Assembly: GCA_035574195.1 (NCBI GenBank)
Contig: DATLZE010000170.1
Span: 1 to 63,082 of the forward strand
Direction of reading: 5' to 3'
Source: Burkholderiales bacterium
GTDB taxonomy: Bacteria > Pseudomonadota > Gammaproteobacteria > Burkholderiales > SG8-41
DNA length: 63,082 nt
In this document: positions 52,693 through 63,082 of the stretch, piece by piece
How the letters are laid out: each line of letters starts with the position of its first letter
Numbering within the stretch: the stretch's first letter is position 1
Made by a program: the position numbers and the translations under genes
The notes under the pieces: model-generated
What the model was told of the DNA's origin: nothing
The model's input: only the letters and a program-made list of their open reading frames with translations
Databases searched by the model: none

Positions 52693-52801
52693 TGGGGCTT
52701 CAGTCACCGGGGTCACTGAGGACGCGGAGAAGAGCTGGGTCGAATGGTTCGAATCGGCTATCGTGGCATTGCCCTCTCCGTGTTCTCCGCGACCGAAGCC
52801 C
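52693..52801. repeat. Imperfect palindromic repeat with 9-nt periodicity (family A)
   Basis: GGGCTTCAGT-CACCGGGGT-CACTGAGGA-CGCGGAGAA ... CTCTCCGTGTTCTCCGCGACCGAAGCCC. Confidence 0.6.
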
Positions 52802-52823
52802 GTTAATCAGGTTGGAGAAAACC

Positions 52824-53048
52824 ATGGCAAGGCTGGTCAAGCGCACGGCGACCGGGCCGTACCGGATCGAGGTCGGGGGCGAAGCGAAGTTCATCTGCGG
52901 CTGCGGGCTGTCTAAGAATCAGCCGTTTTGCGACGGCACGCACAAGACGACCGCGCGCACCGAGGAGGCGGGCAAGCTCTACTGGTACGACCAGCAGGGC
53001 GGCCGCCACGAGTGCCCCGACGCGTATCCCGGCATCGCCACCAACTGA
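52824..53048 (+). CDS. CDGSH iron-sulfur domain protein
   Basis: ICGCGLSKNQPFCDGTH; GGAG RBS. Confidence 0.9.
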   Translation: MARLVKRTATGPYRIEVGGEAKFICGCGLSKNQPFCDGTHKTTARTEEAGKLYWYDQQGGRHECPDAYPGIATN

Positions 53049-53129
53049 GACGCCGCGGCGCTCTTGGCAGGCGCCCGTCCGCCCGCTAGGATATGCGTTT
53101 ATGCGAATAAACTGATATAGGAGGAGGCC

Positions 53130-54392
53130 ATGGCCCTCGAAAGAGACCGGAGCGAGGACTCCCGTTCCCGGGAAGTCACCCGGCGCGACTTCATCGCCCG
53201 CCTCGCGGGCGCAGGAGCAGTCACCGCGCTCACCGGCGCGGCGCTGGTGCGCGAGGCGCTCGCCCAGGAGGCGAAGCCCGCGCCCTCCGATCCCCCGGGA
53301 ACGGTTCCCAACGCGCAGGTCATGGCGGAGAAGAGCCCCGCGATGCAGGTGCATTCCGAGCGCCCGCTCACGGCGAGCGTGCCGGCGGAGCAGCACAACT
53401 TCGCGGTGACGCCGACCGACCGCATGTTCATCCGCAACAACCTCCTCACCCCCGACATCGACGCCTCCAAGCACCGCCTGGCGGTGAAGGGCCTGGTGGA
53501 CAAGGAGCTCGCGTTCTCGGTGGAAGAGCTGAAGAAGGCGTTTCCGAACGTCACCCTTCAGGCCATGATGGAGTGCGCGGGCTCGGGGCGCTCGGCCTAT
53601 TCGCCGCGCGCGAGCGGCACGCCGTGGCTGCCGACCGGCGGCATGGGCTGCCCGACGTGGACCGGGGTGCGGCTGCGCGACGTGCTCGCCGCAGCGGGCC
53701 TGAAGCCGAACGCCGCGCACGTCGCGGGGCAGGGCGGGGATTTCGGGGCGGTGCCCACCGCCGCGCCGGTGATCCGCTCGATCCCGCTCGCCAAGGCGAT
53801 GGAGCCGAACACGCTGATCGCCTGGGGCATGAACGAGGCGCCGCTACCCAAGGTCCACGGCTATCCGCTGCGCCTGGTGGTGCCCGGCTGGGTCGGCTCG
53901 GCCTCCACCAAGTGGCTGCACACCCTCACCGTGCTCGACGCGCCGTTCAAGGGAACCTATATGGACCGCAGCTACCGCATCCCGAAGCATCCGGTCCGGC
54001 CGGGCGACAAGCTGCCGCCCGATGCGGTGGTGACCGAAGCCTGGCCGGTCAAGTCCATGATCACCCATCCCGCGCCGAACGCGGCGTTCAAGCTCGGCAA
54101 GCCGGTGCTGATCGAGGGCCGGGCCTGGGTCGGCGAGGGCGCGATCGAGAAGGTCGAGCTCTCCTTCAACGAGGGCGTGACCTGGGTGCGCGCTGCGATC
54201 AATGCCGGCGGCGACAAGTACGCCTGGCGCATCTTCAGCTACGAGTTCTATCCGAAGACACCGGGCTACACCACGGTGATCGCGCGCGCGACCGACGATC
54301 GCGGCAACACTCAGCCGATGATTCCGCCCTGGAATCCGCTCGGCTATTTCTGGAACGGCTGGCACCGCGTCGGCTTCATGGTCGAGGCCTAG
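53130..54392 (+). CDS. Tat-exported sulfite-oxidase-family molybdoenzyme (SorA-like)
   Basis: TRRDFI Tat motif, MECAGSGR Mo-ligand Cys, HGYPLRLVVPG, C-terminal dimerisation domain. Confidence 0.88.
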   Translation: MALERDRSEDSRSREVTRRDFIARLAGAGAVTALTGAALVREALAQEAKPAPSDPPGTVPNAQVMAEKSPAMQVHSERPLTASVPAEQHNFAVTPTDRMFIRNNLLTPDIDASKHRLAVKGLVDKELAFSVEELKKAFPNVTLQAMMECAGSGRSAYSPRASGTPWLPTGGMGCPTWTGVRLRDVLAAAGLKPNAAHVAGQGGDFGAVPTAAPVIRSIPLAKAMEPNTLIAWGMNEAPLPKVHGYPLRLVVPGWVGSASTKWLHTLTVLDAPFKGTYMDRSYRIPKHPVRPGDKLPPDAVVTEAWPVKSMITHPAPNAAFKLGKPVLIEGRAWVGEGAIEKVELSFNEGVTWVRAAINAGGDKYAWRIFSYEFYPKTPGYTTVIARATDDRGNTQPMIPPWNPLGYFWNGWHRVGFMVEA

Positions 54393-54477
54393 GCCCGCGC
54401 CGCGAGCGCCGCGGGAAAGGGCAATGTTCGCGCCCGCCGCGGCGGGCGCAAGGCGGGCTCCCGATCGGTCGTCAGCA

Positions 54478-55107
54478 ATGAGCTGCTTCAGGAAGGCGCT
54501 GCAGGCGGGGGTGGCTGCTGCGGCGGCGCTCGCCACGGCGGCGGGGATCGTGATGGCGCCCTCTTCGGCGCAGGAGCCGGAGCCCGCGAGAACGCTCATC
54601 CCGGGCAAGGGCTCGGACCTTACCACGGCGCGCTGCGCGACCTGCCACGACGCCCAGCACATCACGCGCGCGCGGCTCTCGCGCGGCGAGTGGGAATACA
54701 ACATCCAGAACATGATCGAGCGCGGGGCCCCGATCGCGCCGCACGAAGTCCCGGTCATCCTGGACTATCTCGCGACCTATTACAACCGCGACAGCGCGCC
54801 GCCTGCGCCCGATCCCTCCGCCGCGGGCTACGGCCTCGATGCGGGCGCGGGCGCCGACCCCGCAGCGCGCCTGATCACGACCCACGCCTGCGTCGCCTGC
54901 CACCAGCTCGACCGGCGCCTGGTGGGTCCGTCGTTCCGCGAAGTTGCCGCGAGATTCTCGGGCGACGGCGCCGCGGCGGAGAAGCTCGCGAAGAAGATCC
55001 GGGAAGGCGGCGCCGGCAACTGGGGCAACGTGCCGATGCCGCCGCACCCGCAGCTCTCGGAGGCGGATCTCGGCCAGATGGTCGGCTGGATATTGCGGCA
55101 GAAGTGA
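54478..55107 (+). CDS. Diheme c-type cytochrome
   Basis: Signal peptide; CATCH and CVACH motifs; second domain c551/c552-like (VGPSF, WGNVPMPP). Confidence 0.85.
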   Translation: MSCFRKALQAGVAAAAALATAAGIVMAPSSAQEPEPARTLIPGKGSDLTTARCATCHDAQHITRARLSRGEWEYNIQNMIERGAPIAPHEVPVILDYLATYYNRDSAPPAPDPSAAGYGLDAGAGADPAARLITTHACVACHQLDRRLVGPSFREVAARFSGDGAAAEKLAKKIREGGAGNWGNVPMPPHPQLSEADLGQMVGWILRQK

Positions 55108-55120
55108 GAGCGCGCCGGCG

Positions 55121-56113
55121 CTAGTGGTAGAGCCCGGCGCGCGCCTTGCCGCGGAAGACGCGGTACGAGTAGGCGGTGTAGCCGATGATGAACGGCAGCA
55201 CGAGAAGCGCTGCGGCCAGCACCACCTTGAGCGAGGAGGGATGCGCCGCCGCCTGCCAGATCGTCATGCGGTCCATCACGACGTACGGAAACAGACTGTA
55301 GGCGAGCCCCGCGAAGGCGAGCGCGTAGATCGCGACGGCGCCGGCGAACGGCTGCCAGTCGCGCACGGCGCCGCCGCGCCTGAGCCGGGTCGTGAGGCGC
55401 CAGATCCAGAGCCAGATCGCGGCGCACGCGAGCGGCAGCAGCATCAGGCCGAGCGTGCGCGGGAAATCGAACCACTTGCCGCGCACGGTCGCGCTGGCGA
55501 GCGGGGTCGCCACGCTCACCAGCGCGATGCCGAGCGCGACCCACGCCAGCCCCCAGCGCGTCCAGCCGACCGCCTTGTCGCGCAGCGCGCCCTCGGTGCG
55601 CCAGATGAGCCAGGTGGCGCCGAGCAGCACGTAGCCGCCGCACACGCCGCCGGCGACGATCAGCCCGAACAGAAAGTAGCCGGCGCCCGGCGCAAAGCCA
55701 GTGATGTAGGCCGCGAGCATCAGCCCCTGGGCGGCGGCGGTGACGAAGGAGCCGAACCAGAACAACCAGTTCCACAGCTCGCGGTGCCAGCCCTCGGCCT
55801 TCACCCGCAGCTCGAAGGCCACCCCGCGCAGCATCAGCCCGACCAGCATCACGGTGACCGGCAGATAGAGCGCGGTGAGCACCAGCCCGTGCGCCGCCGG
55901 AAAGGCGACGAGCAGCAGCCCCACGCCGAGCACGAGCCAGGTCTCGTTCGCGTCCCAGAACGGCCCGATCGAGGCGACCATCACGTCCTGCTCGGATTCG
56001 CTCGCCGCCGGCATCAGCATGCCCACGCCCAAGTCGTAGCCGTCGAGCACGACATAGGCGAGAACCGCAGCGCCCATGAGCGCGGCGAAGACGAGCGGCA
56101 GATCGAGCGTCAT
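55121..56113 (-). CDS. cydB: Cytochrome bd oxidase subunit II
   Basis: LDGYDLGVG, PFWDANETWLV. Confidence 0.93.
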   Translation of the reverse strand: MTLDLPLVFAALMGAAVLAYVVLDGYDLGVGMLMPAASESEQDVMVASIGPFWDANETWLVLGVGLLLVAFPAAHGLVLTALYLPVTVMLVGLMLRGVAFELRVKAEGWHRELWNWLFWFGSFVTAAAQGLMLAAYITGFAPGAGYFLFGLIVAGGVCGGYVLLGATWLIWRTEGALRDKAVGWTRWGLAWVALGIALVSVATPLASATVRGKWFDFPRTLGLMLLPLACAAIWLWIWRLTTRLRRGGAVRDWQPFAGAVAIYALAFAGLAYSLFPYVVMDRMTIWQAAAHPSSLKVVLAAALLVLPFIIGYTAYSYRVFRGKARAGLYH

Positions 56114-57468
56114 GCGCTCGCCCCCCGTGCCGCTGCGGCGGTGGCGGCCGCTCCCGCGCCCTTGCCGGCGAGATGGGTGAGCACGACGAGGTAGGAGGCG
56201 AGCAGGACGGCGTAGGTCAGGGCGTAGCCCGTCAGGCTCGCGCCGAGCTGCGCGCCGCTGATCGGTCCCGCGGCCTCGGCAGTGCGCAGGATTCCGGTCA
56301 CGAGCCAGGGCTGGCGCCCGATCTCGGTCACCATCCAGCCGGCGAGCGTCGCGATCCAGCCGGAGAAGGTAAAGCCGGCGAAGGCCCACAGCAGCCACCT
56401 CGGCGGCAACGCGCCTGCTCGCAGGCGCCACGCGCCGTACCAGGCGAGCGCGATCATCAGCGCCCCCATGCCGACCATGACGCGGAACGCGATGAACACT
56501 GGCGCAACCGGCGGCGCCTCCGCGCCGAAGGCATCGAGCCCCTTCAGCTCCGCGTCGGCCTCGTGCCTGAGGATCCAGCTCGCCCCCTTGGGGATCGAGA
56601 TGGCGTAGTCGTTGCGCCGCTCGGCCTCGTTCGGCAGCGCGAAGAGCACCAGCGGAACGCCGCGCCCGCTCTCCCAGATCGCCTCCATCGCCGCGATCTT
56701 CGCGGGCTGGTGCTCGAGGGTGTTGAGCCCGTGCAGGTCGCCGACCACGGCCTGCAGCGGTGCGGCCACGGCAGCGATCGCCACGCCGACGCGCAGCGTG
56801 CGCAGCGCGAGCGCATCGCTGGCCGCCTTGAGCAAGCGCCATGCCGAGAGCCCGGCGAGGAAGAACGCCGCAGTGAGCGCCGAGGCGAGCATCATGTGCG
56901 TGAAGCGGTAGGGAAACGAGGGATTGAAGATGACCGCCCACCAGTCGCCCGCGACGATCTGTCCGTCCGGGGCGGGGACGTGCCCGGCCGGGGTCTGCAT
57001 CCACGAATTGAGCGCGAGGATCCAGAACGCCGAGAGCGTGGTTCCGGCCGCGACCAGCACGGTGGAGGCGAGGTGCGCCCAGCCCGGCACCCGGTTCATG
57101 CCGAAGAGCATGACGCCGAGGAAAGTCGCCTCGAGGAAGAAGGCGGTGAGCACCTCGAAGGCGAGCAGCGGGCCCGCGATGTTACCCACGCGGTTCATGA
57201 AGCCCGGCCAGTTGGTGCCGAACTGGAACGACATCACCACGCCCGAGACCACGCCCATGGCGAAGGAGAGAGCGAACACCTTGGCCCACAGCCGGTAGGC
57301 CTCGAGCCACGCGGAATCGCCGGTGCGCAGGTGCCGCGCGCGGAAGAACACGAGCACCCAGGCGAGCGCGATGGTGAGGGCGGGGAACAGGATGTGGAAG
57401 GAGATGTTCAGCCCGAACTGCGCGCGGGCGAGAAGCAGCGCTTCGCTCGTTGCCAATGCGCTATCCAT
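56110..57468 (-). CDS. cydA: Cytochrome bd oxidase subunit I (short Q-loop)
   Basis: FHILFP, NSWMQTP, EHQPAKIAAME, EIGRQPW. Confidence 0.93.
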   Translation of the reverse strand: MDSALATSEALLLARAQFGLNISFHILFPALTIALAWVLVFFRARHLRTGDSAWLEAYRLWAKVFALSFAMGVVSGVVMSFQFGTNWPGFMNRVGNIAGPLLAFEVLTAFFLEATFLGVMLFGMNRVPGWAHLASTVLVAAGTTLSAFWILALNSWMQTPAGHVPAPDGQIVAGDWWAVIFNPSFPYRFTHMMLASALTAAFFLAGLSAWRLLKAASDALALRTLRVGVAIAAVAAPLQAVVGDLHGLNTLEHQPAKIAAMEAIWESGRGVPLVLFALPNEAERRNDYAISIPKGASWILRHEADAELKGLDAFGAEAPPVAPVFIAFRVMVGMGALMIALAWYGAWRLRAGALPPRWLLWAFAGFTFSGWIATLAGWMVTEIGRQPWLVTGILRTAEAAGPISGAQLGASLTGYALTYAVLLASYLVVLTHLAGKGAGAAATAAAARGASA

Positions 57469-57626
57469 CGCGAGTGCAGTCGGCGTTGCCGGTCCGGCAC
57501 CGCGCCCGCGGAGGCGATCCCCCGCCCCGAGCGGCGCGGCGCGATCCGTGCGTCCTATTCTGCCAGATGACGCCGCGCGCAGGGGCCGGCCGCGGCCCGG
57601 GCGCAGGCACCCGCGGTCCGGCGCCT

Positions 57627-57654
57627 CTTGAAAACGGCATAATGCTCCCAATAT
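57627..57654 (+). promoter_or_regulatory. Sigma32-type promoter for clpB
   Basis: CTTGAAA-13 bp-CCCAATAT, close to the established RpoH consensus. Confidence 0.7.
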
Positions 57655-57685
57655 CGCTTGTAACTGATCGAGCTGAATCGCCCCC

Positions 57686-60286
<2,601 letters not shown>

Positions 60287-60419
60287 TGCGGCCCGCGGAG
60301 CGCGGCTTCAATAAAAACAGGGAGTTTCGCGGAAAACACGAGACGCCGCTTGAAGTCGCGGCGGCACGCGGGCACCGCCCACGCGTTGACTTCGGAGAGG
60401 CAGGGGGGTAAAAAGAATC

Positions 60420-60640
60420 CAGGATCGCGCGACACTCCGGGGCGGGTACCCGCCCCCGGAGCATTCGAGATTCCGGGCGACCGTCCGGATATCGAGCGTC
60501 ATCGCGTCCGGCCGTATGCCGGAAGCTGCGCGGCCCCGCGGGCGGTGCGACGCCGCCCAGTGAAGTGTGCCGCTCTCCGGCGGCACTGCGCCGGTGAACC
60601 CGGACGCCTCAAAGCCCCGCTCCCATGCGGGGCTTTTCAT
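60420..60640. ncRNA. Candidate structured RNA, unassigned
   Basis: Five stem-loops plus a terminal hairpin in about 220 nt; no family recognised; strand not established. Confidence 0.25.
60611..60638. terminator. Bidirectional intrinsic terminator
   Basis: AAAGCCCCGC-tcccat-GCGGGGCTTTT between convergent units. Confidence 0.85.
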
Positions 60641-60650
60641 TGGGAAGCGG

Positions 60651-61793
60651 CTACAGCTGCGGGCGGCGCCAGTAGCCGGTGAGCTCGAGGTAGCCCCGCC
60701 CGGCGGGCTTGCCGCCGATCAGCGCGCGCGCTGCGCCTTCCCAGTAGATCGTGCCGGTAGTGGCGCGCGCGTCGTGCTCCTGGTCGTCGAACAGCGGCTC
60801 GATCACGAGCTCGAGGCCTCCCGCCTGCACCACGAACGACACCGGGTAGGCGGCGCCGGTGCGCGGCGAACGCCACTCGCGGCGCGGGACGAAGCGCACT
60901 TCGTCCGGAGAAAACGTTCTCGTGCGCCCGGCGGCGTCGCGCAGCGCGCCGCCGGCCCAGTAGTGGCCGCCGCGCGCATCGCGCATGCGGAACGCCATCA
61001 GCGCGCCCCCGTCCTCGAGGTTGATGCCGATCCAGTCCCAGCCCGCAGCCTCCTGCTCCATGTATTGCGAGGACCATTCGTGGTCGAACCATGCCGTGCC
61101 GGCGACCTGAACGGATCTCCCGCCGCGGGCCAGCGCTCCGCGGACCCTCAGATGGGGAATGCTGTAGTAATAGCTTGCCGATTCGGGCGCGCGCCCTTTC
61201 CGGCTGTATCCTTCCTGCCCCTGCCTGATGGGCGGCTGCGTGGGAGCGAACGCCAGCTCCATGGAAAACTCCCGCGCGGGGATCAGCGCGCGATAGGCCT
61301 CTTCCCGCTGTTCCAGCCGCCATTCCCCGATCCAGACTTGCACGCGTCCTTGCTCCGCGCCGGCGAGCCCGAAGCCGGCGCGCGCCGCGCGCTGCGCATG
61401 GACGAGCCTGCCGTGCGCGGGATCGGAGAGGGCCGCGTGCGCGATGACGATCTGGCGCGGGGTGAAAGCGCTCGGGTTCTCGTGCCTGAGCTCCGGGCGC
61501 GCGCGGAAGAACGTGACCTGGAAGCCGAGCGGGCCGGTGGGCTCCTCGAGCCAACCCGTGACGTACCACCACTCCAGCCGGAATTCGGGATGGCTGCCCT
61601 CGTCGTGCGGAAAGCGCATGCGGTAGCCCGGGACGACGAGCGCGAACGGCCCCGGGCGCGAGGCCTCGGGCGTCGGGCGTGAATTCGCGCCAGGCGCCTG
61701 GGCGAGGGCAGCGGTGCGCTGCGCCAGCGCGAGCGCCGCGCCGGCCAGAAGGCGGCGCCTGAGCCAGAAACGTTTTTCCGCCGCGCTCTTCAC
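60651..61793 (-). CDS. AttH-like / lipocalin-like (carotenoid 1,2-hydratase family) exported protein
   Basis: HPEFRLEWWYVTG, WFDHEWSS, YWEGA, GYLELTGY; twin-Arg-like leader; GTG start inferred. Confidence 0.8.
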   Translation of the reverse strand: MKSAAEKRFWLRRRLLAGAALALAQRTAALAQAPGANSRPTPEASRPGPFALVVPGYRMRFPHDEGSHPEFRLEWWYVTGWLEEPTGPLGFQVTFFRARPELRHENPSAFTPRQIVIAHAALSDPAHGRLVHAQRAARAGFGLAGAEQGRVQVWIGEWRLEQREEAYRALIPAREFSMELAFAPTQPPIRQGQEGYSRKGRAPESASYYYSIPHLRVRGALARGGRSVQVAGTAWFDHEWSSQYMEQEAAGWDWIGINLEDGGALMAFRMRDARGGHYWAGGALRDAAGRTRTFSPDEVRFVPRREWRSPRTGAAYPVSFVVQAGGLELVIEPLFDDQEHDARATTGTIYWEGAARALIGGKPAGRGYLELTGYWRRPQL

Positions 61794-61813
61794 GCTTCGC
61801 TCGCCACCGGGGA

Positions 61814-63082
61814 TCACCAATCCTCGCGCACCGCGCGCACGACCTCTGCGCTCATCGCCGCGCGCCCGCTCCACACCGCCGTCGCGGCGGCCGCGAGCAC
61901 GATCGCCGCAGCGAGCGCGGCGAGCGGCAGCCACGGCACGGCGAGCTCCATGCTCCAGTGGAAGGACTGGCGGTTGACGACATGGATCAGGATCAGCCCC
62001 ACCACCCAGCCGCTCGCCAGGCCGAAGGCGGCTCCGAGCGCGGCGACGAGCGCGCCCTCGCCGGCGAGCATCTCGGCAATCTCGCGGCGCCTCATGCCGA
62101 GGTGGCGCAGCACTCCGAACTCGCGGCGCCGCGCGAGCGCCTGGGCGCCGAAGGAGACGCTCACCCCAGCGAGCCCGATCGCGATCGCGGCCGCCTCGAG
62201 CGCGTAAGTGATGGCGAAAGTGCGGTCGAAGATCGCGAGCGAGGCCGCACGCACCTCGCGCGGCGTGGCGATCTCGACGGAAGCGCCCTCGGGCAGGCGC
62301 GCGCGCAGCGCGCGCAGCGCCTCGGCGGCGGAGACGCCCTTCGCGAGCCACAGCGCGGCATCGTCGGCGAGGCGGTCGCCCGTGATCGCGATATAGAGCT
62401 CCCGGTCGATCGCGATCGCGCCGTTCTGGCGCGCATAGTCGCGCCAGACGCCCGCCACCGTGAACGCGCGCGATTCGCCGCCGAGCGGCAGTCGCACCTG
62501 TCGTCCCGGGGCGAGCCCGTAGAGGTCGGCTGCGACTTCCGAGACCCACACCGGGGGCGGTTCGCCCGCGCGCGGAGCGAGCGGCGGGGCGGAGAGCGGC
62601 AGCATGCCGCCGTCCGCCGGGATCGGTCGCGCGAGCAGCGTCACCGGCGGGCGGCCCGGGTCGAGCAGCAGGTTCTGGGCGCGCACGAACTCGGCGCGCT
62701 CGATGCCGGGTGTAGCGGCGAGGCGCGCCTGCTCCTCCGGCGTGAGGTACCCGGTCTCGCCGCTGCGCGCTGCGCGCAGATAGAGGTCGGCGGGAAGCAT
62801 GCGCTCGAGCCAGGCTTCGAGCGAGGTGCGGAACGAATGCACCATGATCAACATCGAGACCATGAGGCTGAAGCTCGTGACGACGGCAGCGGCGCTGATC
62901 GCGGCCTGGCGCGGCGTCGCCTTGAGCTGCGCGATCGCGACCGCCGCGCTCGGGCGCGCCGGCAGCGGCAGGCGCCCGAGAAGCAGGGCGGAGAGCCGCG
63001 GCAGCGCGAGGACCGTGCCCAAAAGGATCAGCGCGATGGCGGCGTAGCCCGCGACCGGCAGCCCGTTCACCGGCGGCGCGGC
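61814..63082 (-). CDS. FtsX-like ABC transporter permease (5' end outside window)
   Basis: TM segments, ARRREFGVLRHLG, VNRQSFHWS; frame open to the window edge. Confidence 0.85.
   Translation of the reverse strand, partial: AAPPVNGLPVAGYAAIALILLGTVLALPRLSALLLGRLPLPARPSAAVAIAQLKATPRQAAISAAAVVTSFSLMVSMLIMVHSFRTSLEAWLERMLPADLYLRAARSGETGYLTPEEQARLAATPGIERAEFVRAQNLLLDPGRPPVTLLARPIPADGGMLPLSAPPLAPRAGEPPPVWVSEVAADLYGLAPGRQVRLPLGGESRAFTVAGVWRDYARQNGAIAIDRELYIAITGDRLADDAALWLAKGVSAAEALRALRARLPEGASVEIATPREVRAASLAIFDRTFAITYALEAAAIAIGLAGVSVSFGAQALARRREFGVLRHLGMRRREIAEMLAGEGALVAALGAAFGLASGWVVGLILIHVVNRQSFHWSMELAVPWLPLAALAAAIVLAAAATAVWSGRAAMSAEVVRAVREDW

Noticed and set aside
60507-60560. GCCGTATGC and GTGCGAC as group II intron remnants
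   Set aside because: The domain V stem/bulge/GNRA geometry cannot be built, the order is wrong, and there is no maturase.
60308-60682. 110-aa ORFs on both strands after clpB
   Set aside because: Low-complexity Arg/Pro/Ala composition, no family motif, and both run into or across the terminator hairpin.

Overview
High-GC, apparently betaproteobacterial chromosome segment. Most of it is ordinary: comEC-relA; tRNA-Val-thrS-infC-rpmI-rplT-pheS-pheT-ihfA-merR; surE-pcm-nlpD; moxR/DUF58/transglutaminase; a PAS-kinase/NarL/giant GGDEF-EAL cluster; alaC-hom-thrC; nadC; a sulfite-oxidase-type molybdoenzyme with cytochrome c; cydAB; clpB; an AttH-like gene and an ABC permease. The standout is an 8.1-kb integrated element (13857-22036) at tRNA-Pro(GGG), bounded by 43-bp direct repeats. 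The duplicated part is the tRNA 5' half, and the intact tRNA lies downstream behind an element-borne promoter. The element has an intact-looking tyrosine integrase, an Xre regulator, a RadC/JAB protein, an HTH replication-type protein with repeats, a cos-like motif and a zinc-ribbon protein. Its only virion genes are a short (602 aa) tape measure protein, two tail-assembly-chaperone paralogues and an HK97-gp10-like protein; there is no capsid, portal, terminase, tail tube or lysis gene. I infer a candidate tail-remodelling phage satellite, with a degraded prophage as the alternative. Other points: a 272-bp unit bounded by a duplicated integrase 3' end, a PheT lacking the B2 OB-fold, two families of periodic palindromic intergenic repeats, and a hairpin-dense candidate ncRNA after clpB. 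All family assignments come from motif recognition; no database searches were run.
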